From Candidatus Cloacimonadota bacterium (lineage in GTDB: Bacteria > Cloacimonadota > Cloacimonadia > JGIOTU-2): a stretch of DNA of 64,000 nt. The position numbers were made by a program, and so were the translations under genes. A model generated the notes under the pieces. That model worked only from the letters and a program-made list of their open reading frames with translations, made no database searches and had not been told where the DNA came from. Below are positions 47,886 through 56,755 of the stretch, in pieces; position 1 is the stretch's first letter, and each line of letters begins with the position of its first letter. The DNA lies in NCBI GenBank assembly GCA_049903315.1, contig JBNGBT010000005.1, positions 1-64,000 on the forward strand, given 5' to 3'.

Positions 47886-48666
47886 ATCAATCGCATTAGA
47901 GCTCTGGCCTCTGGATGAAAAATCGAACTCCAGATGTAATGGAGCTCACCAGATATGCCTTCAGTGTGCGGTGTGCGGGTATAAAAATAAGAGCTATTCT
48001 CTCATCGATGAAGTGCCCACACAGCAAGAACTTGCCCGATATATCGATCATACAAATCTCAAACCGGATGCGACAAATGTAGAGATCGTGAGACTGTGCC
48101 AGGAAGCACGTACTTTTGATTTTGCATCTGTGTGTGTAAATCCTTATAATGTGAAACTTGCAAAAAGAGAAATGGACAAACGCGTCGTGTGTTCTGTTAT
48201 CGGATTTCCACTCGGAGCTAATGTCACGCATACAAAATTAGAAGAAACGAAACTCGCTCTTAAACAGGGTGCAACCGAGTGTGATATGGTCCTGAATATT
48301 GCCGAGCTTAAAGAACAAGGGTACAATTATATCCTCACCGAAATCGAGAAGATCGCAGAACTCTGCCACGAGCACGGTGCGAAGTTGAAGGTCATTCTTG
48401 AAACGTGCCTGCTCAATGAAAGAGATAAGATCGTTGCATGCCTGATCGCAAAAAAAGCTGGAGCTGATTTTGTAAAAACTTCGACCGGTTTCTCTAAATC
48501 AGGCGCAACAGTCGAAGATATTATGCTGATGCGAACCGTTGTCGGAGATTATATGGGAGTGAAAGCATCAGGCGGAATTCGAGATACTGAAAAAGCTTTG
48601 GAAATGATCGCAGCCGGAGCTAACCGTATCGGAGCGAGCGCAAGTCTTGCAATTATCGGAGTGTAA
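47872..48666 (+). CDS. deoC: Deoxyribose-phosphate aldolase with Cys-rich N-terminal extension
   Basis: IDHT.LKPDAT, SVCVNP, VIGFPLGA, LKVILET, ADFVKTSTGF, VKASGGIR, RIGAS; ATG 47872 preferred. Confidence 0.95.
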   Translation: MNNIKSIALELWPLDEKSNSRCNGAHQICLQCAVCGYKNKSYSLIDEVPTQQELARYIDHTNLKPDATNVEIVRLCQEARTFDFASVCVNPYNVKLAKREMDKRVVCSVIGFPLGANVTHTKLEETKLALKQGATECDMVLNIAELKEQGYNYILTEIEKIAELCHEHGAKLKVILETCLLNERDKIVACLIAKKAGADFVKTSTGFSKSGATVEDIMLMRTVVGDYMGVKASGGIRDTEKALEMIAAGANRIGASASLAIIGV

Positions 48667-50073
48667 TTGAGAGTAATACTCGCTGGCTATAATATTGATG
48701 TTTCCCAGCTTCGTTCTACAAAAACACAGTCTACACCTGAGACAATTTCTGCTGCCTATGCGCGTATAAGCAGATCAAAGAAATCTGTGGATGAGCTTCG
48801 AAAAGAAGCAGTCCTCGATGTAGAAAAAGCAAGAAGATCAAACAAAAGTATCGTTTTCGAAATGGGGCACAGCTCCGTTGCCGAACACGCTGTATTTAAC
48901 TTTGATGTCATCGGTATTTCCCGTTATCTTACAGAATTTGTTCAACGAACACGACTGGCTTCCTTTACGGAAAAATCACAACGCTATGTGACTCTGGACG
49001 GAGATTATGTTGTTCCTGAAGAAATTCAGAATAATGCACAAGTAGTAAAGCAATTTCAAGATACAATCCAATTACAGAATGAAACATATCTCTTACTTTT
49101 TGATAAGCTGAAATCCTATTTCCAACAAACGACTACGCTTTCCAAAAAAGAGATTGAAGGTCGAGTAAAAGAGGATGCGCGGTATGTACTTTCTATGGCA
49201 ACACAAACTCAGATGGGCATGACGCTGAATGCACGGAGTTTGGAGCATTTACTCAAGAGGTTGAACGCACTTCCTCTCATCGAAGCAAAAAATCTCGCAG
49301 ACAGTTTGTATGAACAGGTTAAAGAAATTGCACCTTCACTTATACGCTACATCGAGCCGTCCGAATATGATCGGAGAAAATATAGATCGGAAGTTGCTCC
49401 CGGTTTCGAAAAACAGATTGAGAAGTGCACTCTTTTATCCTCTCCTGAACATGCAGATGAGAAAATTATTGCAGGTTTGCTTTTCCGCTCGACAGGATCA
49501 GATTACAATACTATTTTTGAAGATGTGAGACGTATGAGCACGCAGGAAAAAGAAGAAATTCTTCACCAATATTTGAATGATATCACCTGCCATGATTCCC
49601 TGCCGCGCGAGTTTGAATTACTGGATCTGATGTTCCAGGTAAATATCAGTTCATCATGCTTTGCGCAGCTTAAAAGGCATAGGATTGCCACGATTATTTC
49701 AAGCGATTATAGTCCGAAATTTGGATATACAATTCCAAAAAGTATAGATGAAATTGGTCAAAAAGAAATCTTTCAGAAGGTTATGAAAGAGTCAGAAAAA
49801 ACATATGATCTTCTCGCAGAATATTATCCTGGAGTAAGAAATTATATCCTGACAAATGCCCATCATAAAGTTGTTTTATTCAAATGCAATTTGCGAGAAC
49901 TGTGTCACTTTGCACGGTTGCGTCAGGATGCACATGCACAGTGGGATATTCGGGAGCTTGCTCAAAATATCATTGAAAAAGTAAAGCAGGCAGCGCCACT
50001 CACTTCGCTAATCATCTGTGGAAAAGACACGTTTGCTGAACATAAAGAAGAAATAGCACGCAGAAAACACTGA
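48667..50073 (+). CDS. thyX: FAD-dependent thymidylate synthase, tandem-domain form
   Basis: GHSSVAEH, RTRLASFTEKSQRY, EDARY, second domain QLKRHR and LR...HAQWDIR; TTG start. Confidence 0.88.
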   Translation: MRVILAGYNIDVSQLRSTKTQSTPETISAAYARISRSKKSVDELRKEAVLDVEKARRSNKSIVFEMGHSSVAEHAVFNFDVIGISRYLTEFVQRTRLASFTEKSQRYVTLDGDYVVPEEIQNNAQVVKQFQDTIQLQNETYLLLFDKLKSYFQQTTTLSKKEIEGRVKEDARYVLSMATQTQMGMTLNARSLEHLLKRLNALPLIEAKNLADSLYEQVKEIAPSLIRYIEPSEYDRRKYRSEVAPGFEKQIEKCTLLSSPEHADEKIIAGLLFRSTGSDYNTIFEDVRRMSTQEKEEILHQYLNDITCHDSLPREFELLDLMFQVNISSSCFAQLKRHRIATIISSDYSPKFGYTIPKSIDEIGQKEIFQKVMKESEKTYDLLAEYYPGVRNYILTNAHHKVVLFKCNLRELCHFARLRQDAHAQWDIRELAQNIIEKVKQAAPLTSLIICGKDTFAEHKEEIARRKH

Positions 50074-50106
50074 TCGTACTGATTATCGCAGATAGAAATT
50101 AAAATT

Positions 50107-50164
50107 GTAGCGCAAGATCCCGACCTGTCAAGGCGAAGTGAGGCGAAGACTGATCTTGCGATTA
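50107..50164. repeat. GTAG-type REP hairpin interrupted by an insert of about 28 nt
   Basis: GTAGCGCAAGATC...GATCTTGCG arms enclose CCTGTCAAGGCGAAGTGAGGCGAAGAC, which recurs at 26882. Confidence 0.55.
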
Positions 50165-50453
50165 TAAGATGGAGAGGAACCGGAAAAATTTGACATAAAA
50201 AAATAATTAAAGTAGTAAAGATATAAATAAGGAGTTCATAATGAATAAAAGGCAAAGGAAAAGAAAAACTAATACATACATTAATAAGTGTAAAAATAAA
50301 GTAATTCTATAATATCCTCTCTATAATTATTCCCGATTAGAGAGGTTCTCTTTATGATTATGGTATTGGAATAAGAAATTAGAATAAGAATGGGATGTTG
50401 AAGTTGAGGGAATTGTTCTTATCAATCTTTGAAATTAGTAAAAGGAATGTAGT

Positions 50454-51479
50454 ATGAAAAAAAACATGATTCTATATGTAATTATTGGATTATTTATTAT
50501 AGCATCGCTTGTTCTTACAGGTTGTGATGAAAATGTGTATATACCATATTATAAGGATTGCATGTACGTTGTTGATAAGGATGGAAGTAATTTAAATATA
50601 TTATTAAAAGAAACTGTATATATTATGAGATTAATACCAAATACAAACAAAATTCTTTACATTACATCTGATTCATTATTATGCACGATTGATTATGAGA
50701 CAGAGAAGATCGATACAATATTTACTAATCATATGACATATACAATAATATCAAAAAATGGGGAGAAATTAGTATTCAAAAAAGAAGTAAATGGAAATTA
50801 TGAGTTATTTATGTCTAATGTAGATGGGACAAATGTTATACAATTAACGGATTTACCAGGAATAGAAAAGGACTATTATTCATTTTCTTTTGATTCTGAA
50901 AAGATAGTATTTATATCGGAAAAAAAAGATAGTAAAACCTTTTACACGCTTTGTGTTCTTGATCTTTTATTAAATGAAATAACAACATTATTAACAACGG
51001 AAGATTATATGTTAACCTATCCGATATTTTCTCCGGATGGTGAAAAGATATACTATATTCAAGAACACAATAATACTTATCATTTTTCGAGTCTGCATGT
51101 AATGGATAAGAATGGAACACATCTGTATGAATTCGGAGATGATTATGTGACCTGGAGAAAACCTTTATACATTACTCCTGATGGAGAAAAAATTGTATAT
51201 TTATCATATGATTCGCTTCGCATTGTTAATAATGACGATTCGGAAAATGTAGGTATTGTAAAGTGTGACGGTTATACATTATCAAACGATGGAATGAAAA
51301 TTGCATATAGCAGATCATCCGGTTCAATTTATATAATCAATTTGGATGGAAGTGGAAATAGAAGAATATTTTCATACTTAGCTGATTCCAATCCGATTTT
51401 TTTACTTCACGGTGAAAAATTAGCATTTGAAGGGCACTATGAAATAAACAATGCAAAAGATAATTTAATAACAAATTAA
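50454..51479 (+). CDS. TolB/PD40-like beta-propeller lipoprotein
   Basis: Lipobox LVLTGC; repeated (F)SPDGEKI.Y, DG.N, NLDGSG units; AT-rich coding sequence. Confidence 0.8.
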   Translation: MKKNMILYVIIGLFIIASLVLTGCDENVYIPYYKDCMYVVDKDGSNLNILLKETVYIMRLIPNTNKILYITSDSLLCTIDYETEKIDTIFTNHMTYTIISKNGEKLVFKKEVNGNYELFMSNVDGTNVIQLTDLPGIEKDYYSFSFDSEKIVFISEKKDSKTFYTLCVLDLLLNEITTLLTTEDYMLTYPIFSPDGEKIYYIQEHNNTYHFSSLHVMDKNGTHLYEFGDDYVTWRKPLYITPDGEKIVYLSYDSLRIVNNDDSENVGIVKCDGYTLSNDGMKIAYSRSSGSIYIINLDGSGNRRIFSYLADSNPIFLLHGEKLAFEGHYEINNAKDNLITN

Positions 51480-51493
51480 GACAAGGAGTTTGA

Positions 51494-51973
51494 ATGAAAA
51501 AGAAGATTGTTATATTGATTCTAATTATATTAGTATTTACGGGCATAACATTTAGTCAAATTGGGACAAAGATTCCATCAGGGAAGTTACCTGATAAAGA
51601 AGGTGGTCTTTTGCCATGGCAGAACTCAGGTTGTATATCTAAATTAGGTGAAGATGAAAGAATACATGTTAATAAAATTATAAACGTCGAAACTGATTTG
51701 GACACAATACCCGGAAACGGAGTAAACAGTAAAATTCAATATATAATTGATAATAAGTCTATTAATGATACTATATTGTTATATTTCCCTTCCGGTGAAT
51801 ATAATTTTGGAGATACCTTGAAAATATTTCAAAATATAACTCATCCGGATCCACAAAAAAGAAAGCTTGTAAGTAACGGATATAAGCCACGTTTCTCAAA
51901 TGATGGAACAAAGATCGTGTTTCCCGGGCAATATCAGATAAATAAAGGAAGTAAAAACTATATTACCGATTAA
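51494..51973 (+). pseudogene. Chimeric/truncated ORF: start of a secreted beta-helix (pectate-lyase-3-like) protein fused to a TolB-like C-terminus
   Basis: Signal peptide, IQ.IID...LYFPSGEY.F..TL.I..NIT, then PRFSNDGTKIVFPGQYQINKGSKNYITD, similar to the end of the upstream gene. Confidence 0.5.
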
Positions 51974-52067
51974 TATCCCATATATAGACAATGTGACTCA
52001 CCAATTCATAAAACTTCATCAGAAAAATTGACAACAAATTCTCAATAAAAATTTGCTATTACAAATA

Positions 52068-52652
52068 ATGACGCAAAAAAAATACTTCCCGATAATCGTT
52101 TCATCTCCTTCAGGAGCCGGTAAAAACAGCGTGTGCGACGCCGTTGTAGAAAAATGCACCGATGTTGTATATTCAATTTCTTATACAACAAGACCTATTC
52201 GCACAACCGAGCAGGATGGAGTAGATTATCATTTTGTGACAGAAGAAAAATTTAAGAAAATGATCGACAAGGATGCTTTTCTTGAATGGGCTCAGTATCT
52301 TGGTCACTATTATGGGACGAGTAAAAAGATGGTTGAAGAGACAATAAACAGGAAAATGTTTATAATTCTTGCAATCGAGACAAAGGGCGCACTTCAATTC
52401 ATGAAGAGAAGACCGGATACGCTCTCAATTTTTATTTTTCCTCCAAGCATGAAAGAGCTTGAAAGGCGTCTGAGAAATAGAAAAACCGATGCACCTGATG
52501 TGATCGAAACAAGATTGAATAATGCAAGGCACGAAATCGCTGACTCAGTATATTATGATCGTTTTGTGATAAACGATGATATTGACCGTGTGAGCGATGA
52601 AGTAATAAAAATGATACATAAAAAAAGCGAAGGAAAAGATATATATGGATAG
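52068..52652 (+). CDS. gmk: Guanylate kinase
   Basis: SSPSGAGK, SISYTTR..R..E.DGVDYHFV, FLEWA...G.YYGT, PPS..EL.RRL..R. Confidence 0.95.
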   Translation: MTQKKYFPIIVSSPSGAGKNSVCDAVVEKCTDVVYSISYTTRPIRTTEQDGVDYHFVTEEKFKKMIDKDAFLEWAQYLGHYYGTSKKMVEETINRKMFIILAIETKGALQFMKRRPDTLSIFIFPPSMKELERRLRNRKTDAPDVIETRLNNARHEIADSVYYDRFVINDDIDRVSDEVIKMIHKKSEGKDIYG

Positions 52653-52884
52653 TAAATTAATGCAAAAGTTCATAGAAGAAAACAACTGCACATTTCTTTA
52701 TTTAATTCTTGCAAATGAAGAATTGGAGCGGATTTCCAAACTTCCATTTCAAATTCAAAAGAATTTTGACAAAAAGCTGACAACCATTGCGTTAGATCAT
52801 GTTGCAGATGATGAAATTCCGGATTATTTTGTTCCGGAAGAAGAAAAAACCGAAGGCAAAATGCAGGATATTATAGACGAATAG
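52645..52884 (+). CDS. Probable divergent RNA polymerase omega subunit
   Basis: Overlaps gmk (canonical gmk-rpoZ order); 79 aa; KKLTTIALDHVADDEI resembles omega KPxxxALxEIxxGxI. Confidence 0.5.
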   Translation: MDSKLMQKFIEENNCTFLYLILANEELERISKLPFQIQKNFDKKLTTIALDHVADDEIPDYFVPEEEKTEGKMQDIIDE

Positions 52885-52894
52885 GATCTATGCA

Positions 52895-53548
52895 TTGAAC
52901 GCGATCTCGGAAGCCCGGCTTAGAAAAATTGAATTACTTAAACTCTCAGGAATACATGAAATTCTCTTGCAGGAAACAGAACCTTTTTCAAAGGAGAACT
53001 ACCTGCACCAATTTGAAGCCGAGTATAAGGATTGTGTAAACTGCACATTAGCTCAAACACGCAATAAGCTTGTGTGGGGTGGAGGAAATGCAGAAGCCGA
53101 TATCGTCTTTATCGGGGAAGGACCGGGTGAGCAGGAAGACCGGCAGGGTGTGCCTTTTGTGGGAAAAGCAGGGCAGCTCCTCACCAAAATGCTCGCTGCT
53201 ATCGATATTTCCAGAGAAGACGTGTATATTACAAATATCGTGAAATGCAGACCTCCCGGAAATAGAAATCCCAAGGAAGATGAGATTGAAGCATGCATGC
53301 CGTACCTGGAATTCCAGCTTTCGATCATACAACCGAAAATTATCTGTGCACTTGGCAAAGTGGCAGGAAATACACTCCTGCAGAACGATGACACATTAAC
53401 AAAAATGAGACAGAAGTTCTTTCCTTGTCTATCTTCAAAACTGATGGTGACCTACCATCCCTCAGCTCTCCTTCATAATCCTGATTGGAAACGTCCTGCA
53501 TGGGAAGATCTGAAAATGCTCAAACGAGAATATGCTGAAATGAGATAA
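52895..53548 (+). CDS. Uracil-DNA glycosylase family 4
   Basis: C..C.L...R, GEGPG..ED.QG.PFVGKAG, NIVKCRPP.NR, TYHPS. Confidence 0.95.
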   Translation: MNAISEARLRKIELLKLSGIHEILLQETEPFSKENYLHQFEAEYKDCVNCTLAQTRNKLVWGGGNAEADIVFIGEGPGEQEDRQGVPFVGKAGQLLTKMLAAIDISREDVYITNIVKCRPPGNRNPKEDEIEACMPYLEFQLSIIQPKIICALGKVAGNTLLQNDDTLTKMRQKFFPCLSSKLMVTYHPSALLHNPDWKRPAWEDLKMLKREYAEMR

Positions 53549-53550
53549 AT

Positions 53551-54924
53551 ATGGCTGACAATATTACAGACAGAACAGCAAATAACCAGGATTCGGTCCG
53601 GGTTCCGCCACACGATCTGAATGCCGAAGGAGCAGTACTCAGCGCTATGCTTCTGGAAGAATGGGCTACTGCGCGCGGTCTGGAACTTCTTCGTGAAGAC
53701 TATTTCTACAAAAGCGCACACAAGTATATTTTCAGGGCAATCCAGGAACTTTTCAACAAAAATATCGAAATCGATCTCATTACTATTATTGATGAACTAA
53801 AAAAGAAGGATGTGTTTGAAAAGATAGGCGGCACTGCGTATCTCACAGATATTCAGGACATTGTCTCATCGAGCGCAAACCTGGAAACTCATGCACAGCT
53901 TGTGATTGAAAAAGCAACATTGCGAAGTCTGATCCATACTGCATCCTCGATCATAGAAGAGTGCTACGGCACAGGGCAGGACAGCAAGGAAATCGTCGAG
54001 CACGCTGAAAAAAAGATCTTCAATGTCACTCAAAGTATGATCAAGGAGGGATTTGAAAAAGCTTTTGATATTGTCTCTCCTACTATAAAGAAGATCGATG
54101 AGATCGCAAAACGCAAAACAAAGATCGTGGGTGTGGCAACTGGCTTTAATGAGCTGGATAGGATAACAGGCGGTTTTCAATCCGGGCAATTCATTGTTGT
54201 TGCTGCTCGTCCAAGTATGGGAAAAACAGCGCTCGCACTGAACATTGCTCATCATGCTGCAGTTTTCCAGGATAAAAGAGTTGGGATTTTCAGTCTGGAA
54301 ATGGATAAAGAAACCCTCATCATGCGTATGCTTAGCTCCGGTTCTGATGTGTCCCTGCATTCTATGCTTCACGGGTATGGAATGGATAAAGATAAAATTA
54401 TGAACCTGACAAGGCACGCTGATAAGATCGCAGAAGCGCCCATTTTTATTGATGACCGCGGAAGCAATACCATGAACGATATCCGTTCAAAAGCTCGTCG
54501 GCTCAAATTCGAAGAAGGGCTCGATCTTCTTATTATTGATTATATGCAGCTATTACTTCCCGTTGCTTCGCGCCAGTCCCGTCAGCAGGAGATCTCAGAA
54601 ATCTCTCGTTCTATCAAGATACTCGCAAAGGAGCTGGAAGTTCCTATTATTGCAGTTTCTCAGCTCAGCCGGGGACCGGAAACCCGGCAGGATAAAATGC
54701 CGCAACTTGCAGACTTACGTGAATCCGGTGCAATCGAACAGGATGCAGACCTTGTTTTACTTATTTACAGGGAAGAGTATTACAAGAAGGAAGAAGCGGA
54801 GAATCCCGGCATCGCAGTCATTGATGTGGCAAAGAACAGAAATGGTCCGCAGGGCAGGATGAATCTCAAGTTCATCGGACCTTACACGCGTTTTGAAAAT
54901 ATAGATAATCAATCGTTCGCATAA
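53551..54924 (+). CDS. dnaB: Replicative DNA helicase
   Basis: PPH...AE.AVL, AARPSMGKT, FSLEM, IDYMQL, SQLSR, DLRESGAIEQDAD, KNRNGP; no intein. Confidence 0.98.
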   Translation: MADNITDRTANNQDSVRVPPHDLNAEGAVLSAMLLEEWATARGLELLREDYFYKSAHKYIFRAIQELFNKNIEIDLITIIDELKKKDVFEKIGGTAYLTDIQDIVSSSANLETHAQLVIEKATLRSLIHTASSIIEECYGTGQDSKEIVEHAEKKIFNVTQSMIKEGFEKAFDIVSPTIKKIDEIAKRKTKIVGVATGFNELDRITGGFQSGQFIVVAARPSMGKTALALNIAHHAAVFQDKRVGIFSLEMDKETLIMRMLSSGSDVSLHSMLHGYGMDKDKIMNLTRHADKIAEAPIFIDDRGSNTMNDIRSKARRLKFEEGLDLLIIDYMQLLLPVASRQSRQQEISEISRSIKILAKELEVPIIAVSQLSRGPETRQDKMPQLADLRESGAIEQDADLVLLIYREEYYKKEEAENPGIAVIDVAKNRNGPQGRMNLKFIGPYTRFENIDNQSFA

Positions 54925-55706
54925 TGCACATTCTCACATATCCGATTTCCTCGATTGGAAGGATCATCATCCGGACAGTTCAGGATATTGGCAGATATTT
55001 TATTTTCTTAGGATTAACTGTTAAGAGTTTCGGCAAAGTAGGGAAAAGGTTTCATCTCATATTTGCACAGATGCAGAAGATGGGAGTCGAATCCCTTCCT
55101 TTAATTGCGATCACCTCAGCTTTTACCGGCATGGTCACTGCAGTGCAGGCAACATATCAGACAGGCGGCATCCTTCCATACCGTTATCTAGGAGCGATGA
55201 TCACGAAATCTACAATGATCGAGCTTGCACCTGTACTTACTGCGCTTGTTATGGCTGGGAAGATCGGCGCATCACTTGCTGCGGAACTCGGCACCATGCG
55301 CGTCACCGATCAGATCGATGCGTTGGAAGTGCTTGCAATAAATCCTTATGACTATCTTGTGGTTCCACGTATTATTTCAGGAATAGTCATGCTGCCTGTG
55401 CTCACAGTATTTGCAAATCTGTTTGGCATTCTTTCAGGATATCTTGTCTCTGTTTCATTATATCATGTAACAACTGCAGAATTTCTCAGCGGTATCAGAT
55501 CATTTTTTATTCCTGTTGATTTTTGGAGCGGTATTATTAAGGCAGTTGCATTTGGCATGATCATCACATCAGTGGGTTGTTTCCAGGGATTTTTTGCCCG
55601 TGGCGGTGCAGAAGGCGTGGGAAGAGTAACCACTCGTGCTGTCGTGATCTCATCAATTTTGATATTGGTTACCGATTTCATCGTTGCTGCAGTGATATTC
55701 GGATAA
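54924..55706 (+). CDS. mlaE: MlaE family ABC permease
   Basis: ELAPVLTA, AELGTMRVTDQIDAL, LVVPR, GAEGVG..TT.AVV. Confidence 0.93.
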   Translation: MHILTYPISSIGRIIIRTVQDIGRYFIFLGLTVKSFGKVGKRFHLIFAQMQKMGVESLPLIAITSAFTGMVTAVQATYQTGGILPYRYLGAMITKSTMIELAPVLTALVMAGKIGASLAAELGTMRVTDQIDALEVLAINPYDYLVVPRIISGIVMLPVLTVFANLFGILSGYLVSVSLYHVTTAEFLSGIRSFFIPVDFWSGIIKAVAFGMIITSVGCFQGFFARGGAEGVGRVTTRAVVISSILILVTDFIVAAVIFG

Positions 55707-56179
55707 TGTCATTTCATATCGTTCTTTACGAACCTGAAATACCTTCAAATACAGGAAATATCGGCAGATTATGCGTCGGAACACATGCAAAACTGCACCT
55801 GATCAAACCAATGAAATTTCTTCTCAACGATAAATATCTCAAACGAGCCGGACTTGATTATTGGAATAAACTTGATCTTGAAATTCATGATTCGTGGGCA
55901 GATTTCCAAAAGAAATATGAGAATGCACGAAAGTATTATTTTACTACAAAAGCACAGAAATCCTATACCGATATTTCATTTCATGATGGGGATTTTCTGA
56001 TCTTTGGACCGGAAACAAGAGGATTGCCGGAATCGATGTTAAAGAATAATTGGGACAATGCTTACACGATCCCGATGACCAAAGATATTCGATCAATCAA
56101 TTTGAGTAACAGCGTCGCCATTGTGCTGTATGAGGCAGTAAGGCAGGTGGGGATTGATGGAACGCAGATCCGCCGGTAG
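55706..56179 (+). CDS. trmL: tRNA (cytidine(34)-2'-O)-methyltransferase
   Basis: PEIP.NTGNIGRLC, KRAGLDYW, FGPETRGLP, IPM...RSINLSN; ATG 55706 overlaps the mlaE stop. Confidence 0.95.
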   Translation: MSFHIVLYEPEIPSNTGNIGRLCVGTHAKLHLIKPMKFLLNDKYLKRAGLDYWNKLDLEIHDSWADFQKKYENARKYYFTTKAQKSYTDISFHDGDFLIFGPETRGLPESMLKNNWDNAYTIPMTKDIRSINLSNSVAIVLYEAVRQVGIDGTQIRR

Positions 56180-56276
56180 GCGGACAAGTAAAATGCTGAC
56201 TAAGCTGATACACGCTGATTTATATAAGAAAATTTACTCTAAGTATAAATAAAGTGTTAAAGGGAGAGAGGTAAAA

Positions 56277-56340
56277 TGGTCTGGGCGAGAAGATTCGAAC
56301 TTCCGACCTTCCCGATCAATCGGGACGCGCTAATCGGGCT
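56277..56340 (-). pseudogene. Partial tRNA-Pro copy with the anticodon arm replaced by a palindrome
   Basis: Reverse complement AGCCCGATTAGCGCG-TCCCGATTGATCGGGA-AGGTCGGAAGTTCGAATCTTCTCGCCCAGACCA matches tRNA-Pro(TGG) except for the anticodon arm and 2 substitutions; the 5' acceptor strand is absent. Confidence 0.85.
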
Positions 56341-56348
56341 ATGTTAAG

Positions 56349-56594
56349 TTATTTTTGAGAATTGATGAGTGAGAAAATAAACTTTTTACTTTTTTTGGAT
56401 TTGATGAAGTATTCTTTTTTCATTGCCTCAGAGCGTGTAGTGAAGGATTCTTTATAAACCAATTTCCAAGGGCTACGATGTTTGGTATATGTAGATTGAT
56501 CGGAATTATGCTCGTGGATTCTTCTTTGAAGTTTGTTTGTTGTTCCTATGTAGAATGAGTTCTTCTCATTCTGTAAAATATAAACATAAACCAT
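56349..56594 (-). CDS. Stand-alone GIY-YIG nuclease (YhbQ/SLX1-like)
   Basis: YVYIL, FYIGTT, RRI.EHN, YTK.R.PWKLVY.E, EA.K.E..IK. Confidence 0.92.
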   Translation of the reverse strand: MVYVYILQNEKNSFYIGTTNKLQRRIHEHNSDQSTYTKHRSPWKLVYKESFTTRSEAMKKEYFIKSKKSKKFIFSLINSQK

Positions 56595-56609
56595 AATTTT
56601 CCTATAAAA

Positions 56610-56687
56610 TGGTCGGGGCGAGAAGATTCGAACTTCCGACCTCCTGGTCCCAAACCAGGCGCGCTAACCGGGCTGCGCTACGCCCCG
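56610..56687 (-). tRNA. tRNA-Pro(TGG)
   Basis: Reverse complement CGGGGCGTAGCGCAGCCCGGTTAGCGCGCCTGGTTTGGGACCAGGAGGTCGGAAGTTCGAATCTTCTCGCCCCGACCA folds as a cloverleaf; anticodon TGG. Confidence 0.97.
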
Positions 56688-56755
56688 ACGTGGAGAGAGA
56701 TTTTTATGCTTGTATTTTTTTGTCAAATTAGATAAATAAAATTAAATATAAGGAA

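Noticed and set aside
53551..54924. Intein in DnaB
   Set aside because: The length (457 aa) and contiguous motifs match an uninterrupted helicase.
55577..55705. N-terminal extension of TrmL in the ORF track
   Set aside because: It lies within mlaE; ATG 55706 overlapping the mlaE stop gives a normal-length TrmL.
56277..56340. Second functional tRNA or a classical prophage/ICE att site
   Set aside because: It lacks the 5' acceptor strand and a 7-nt anticodon loop. Only about 270 bp separate the copies, with no integrase.
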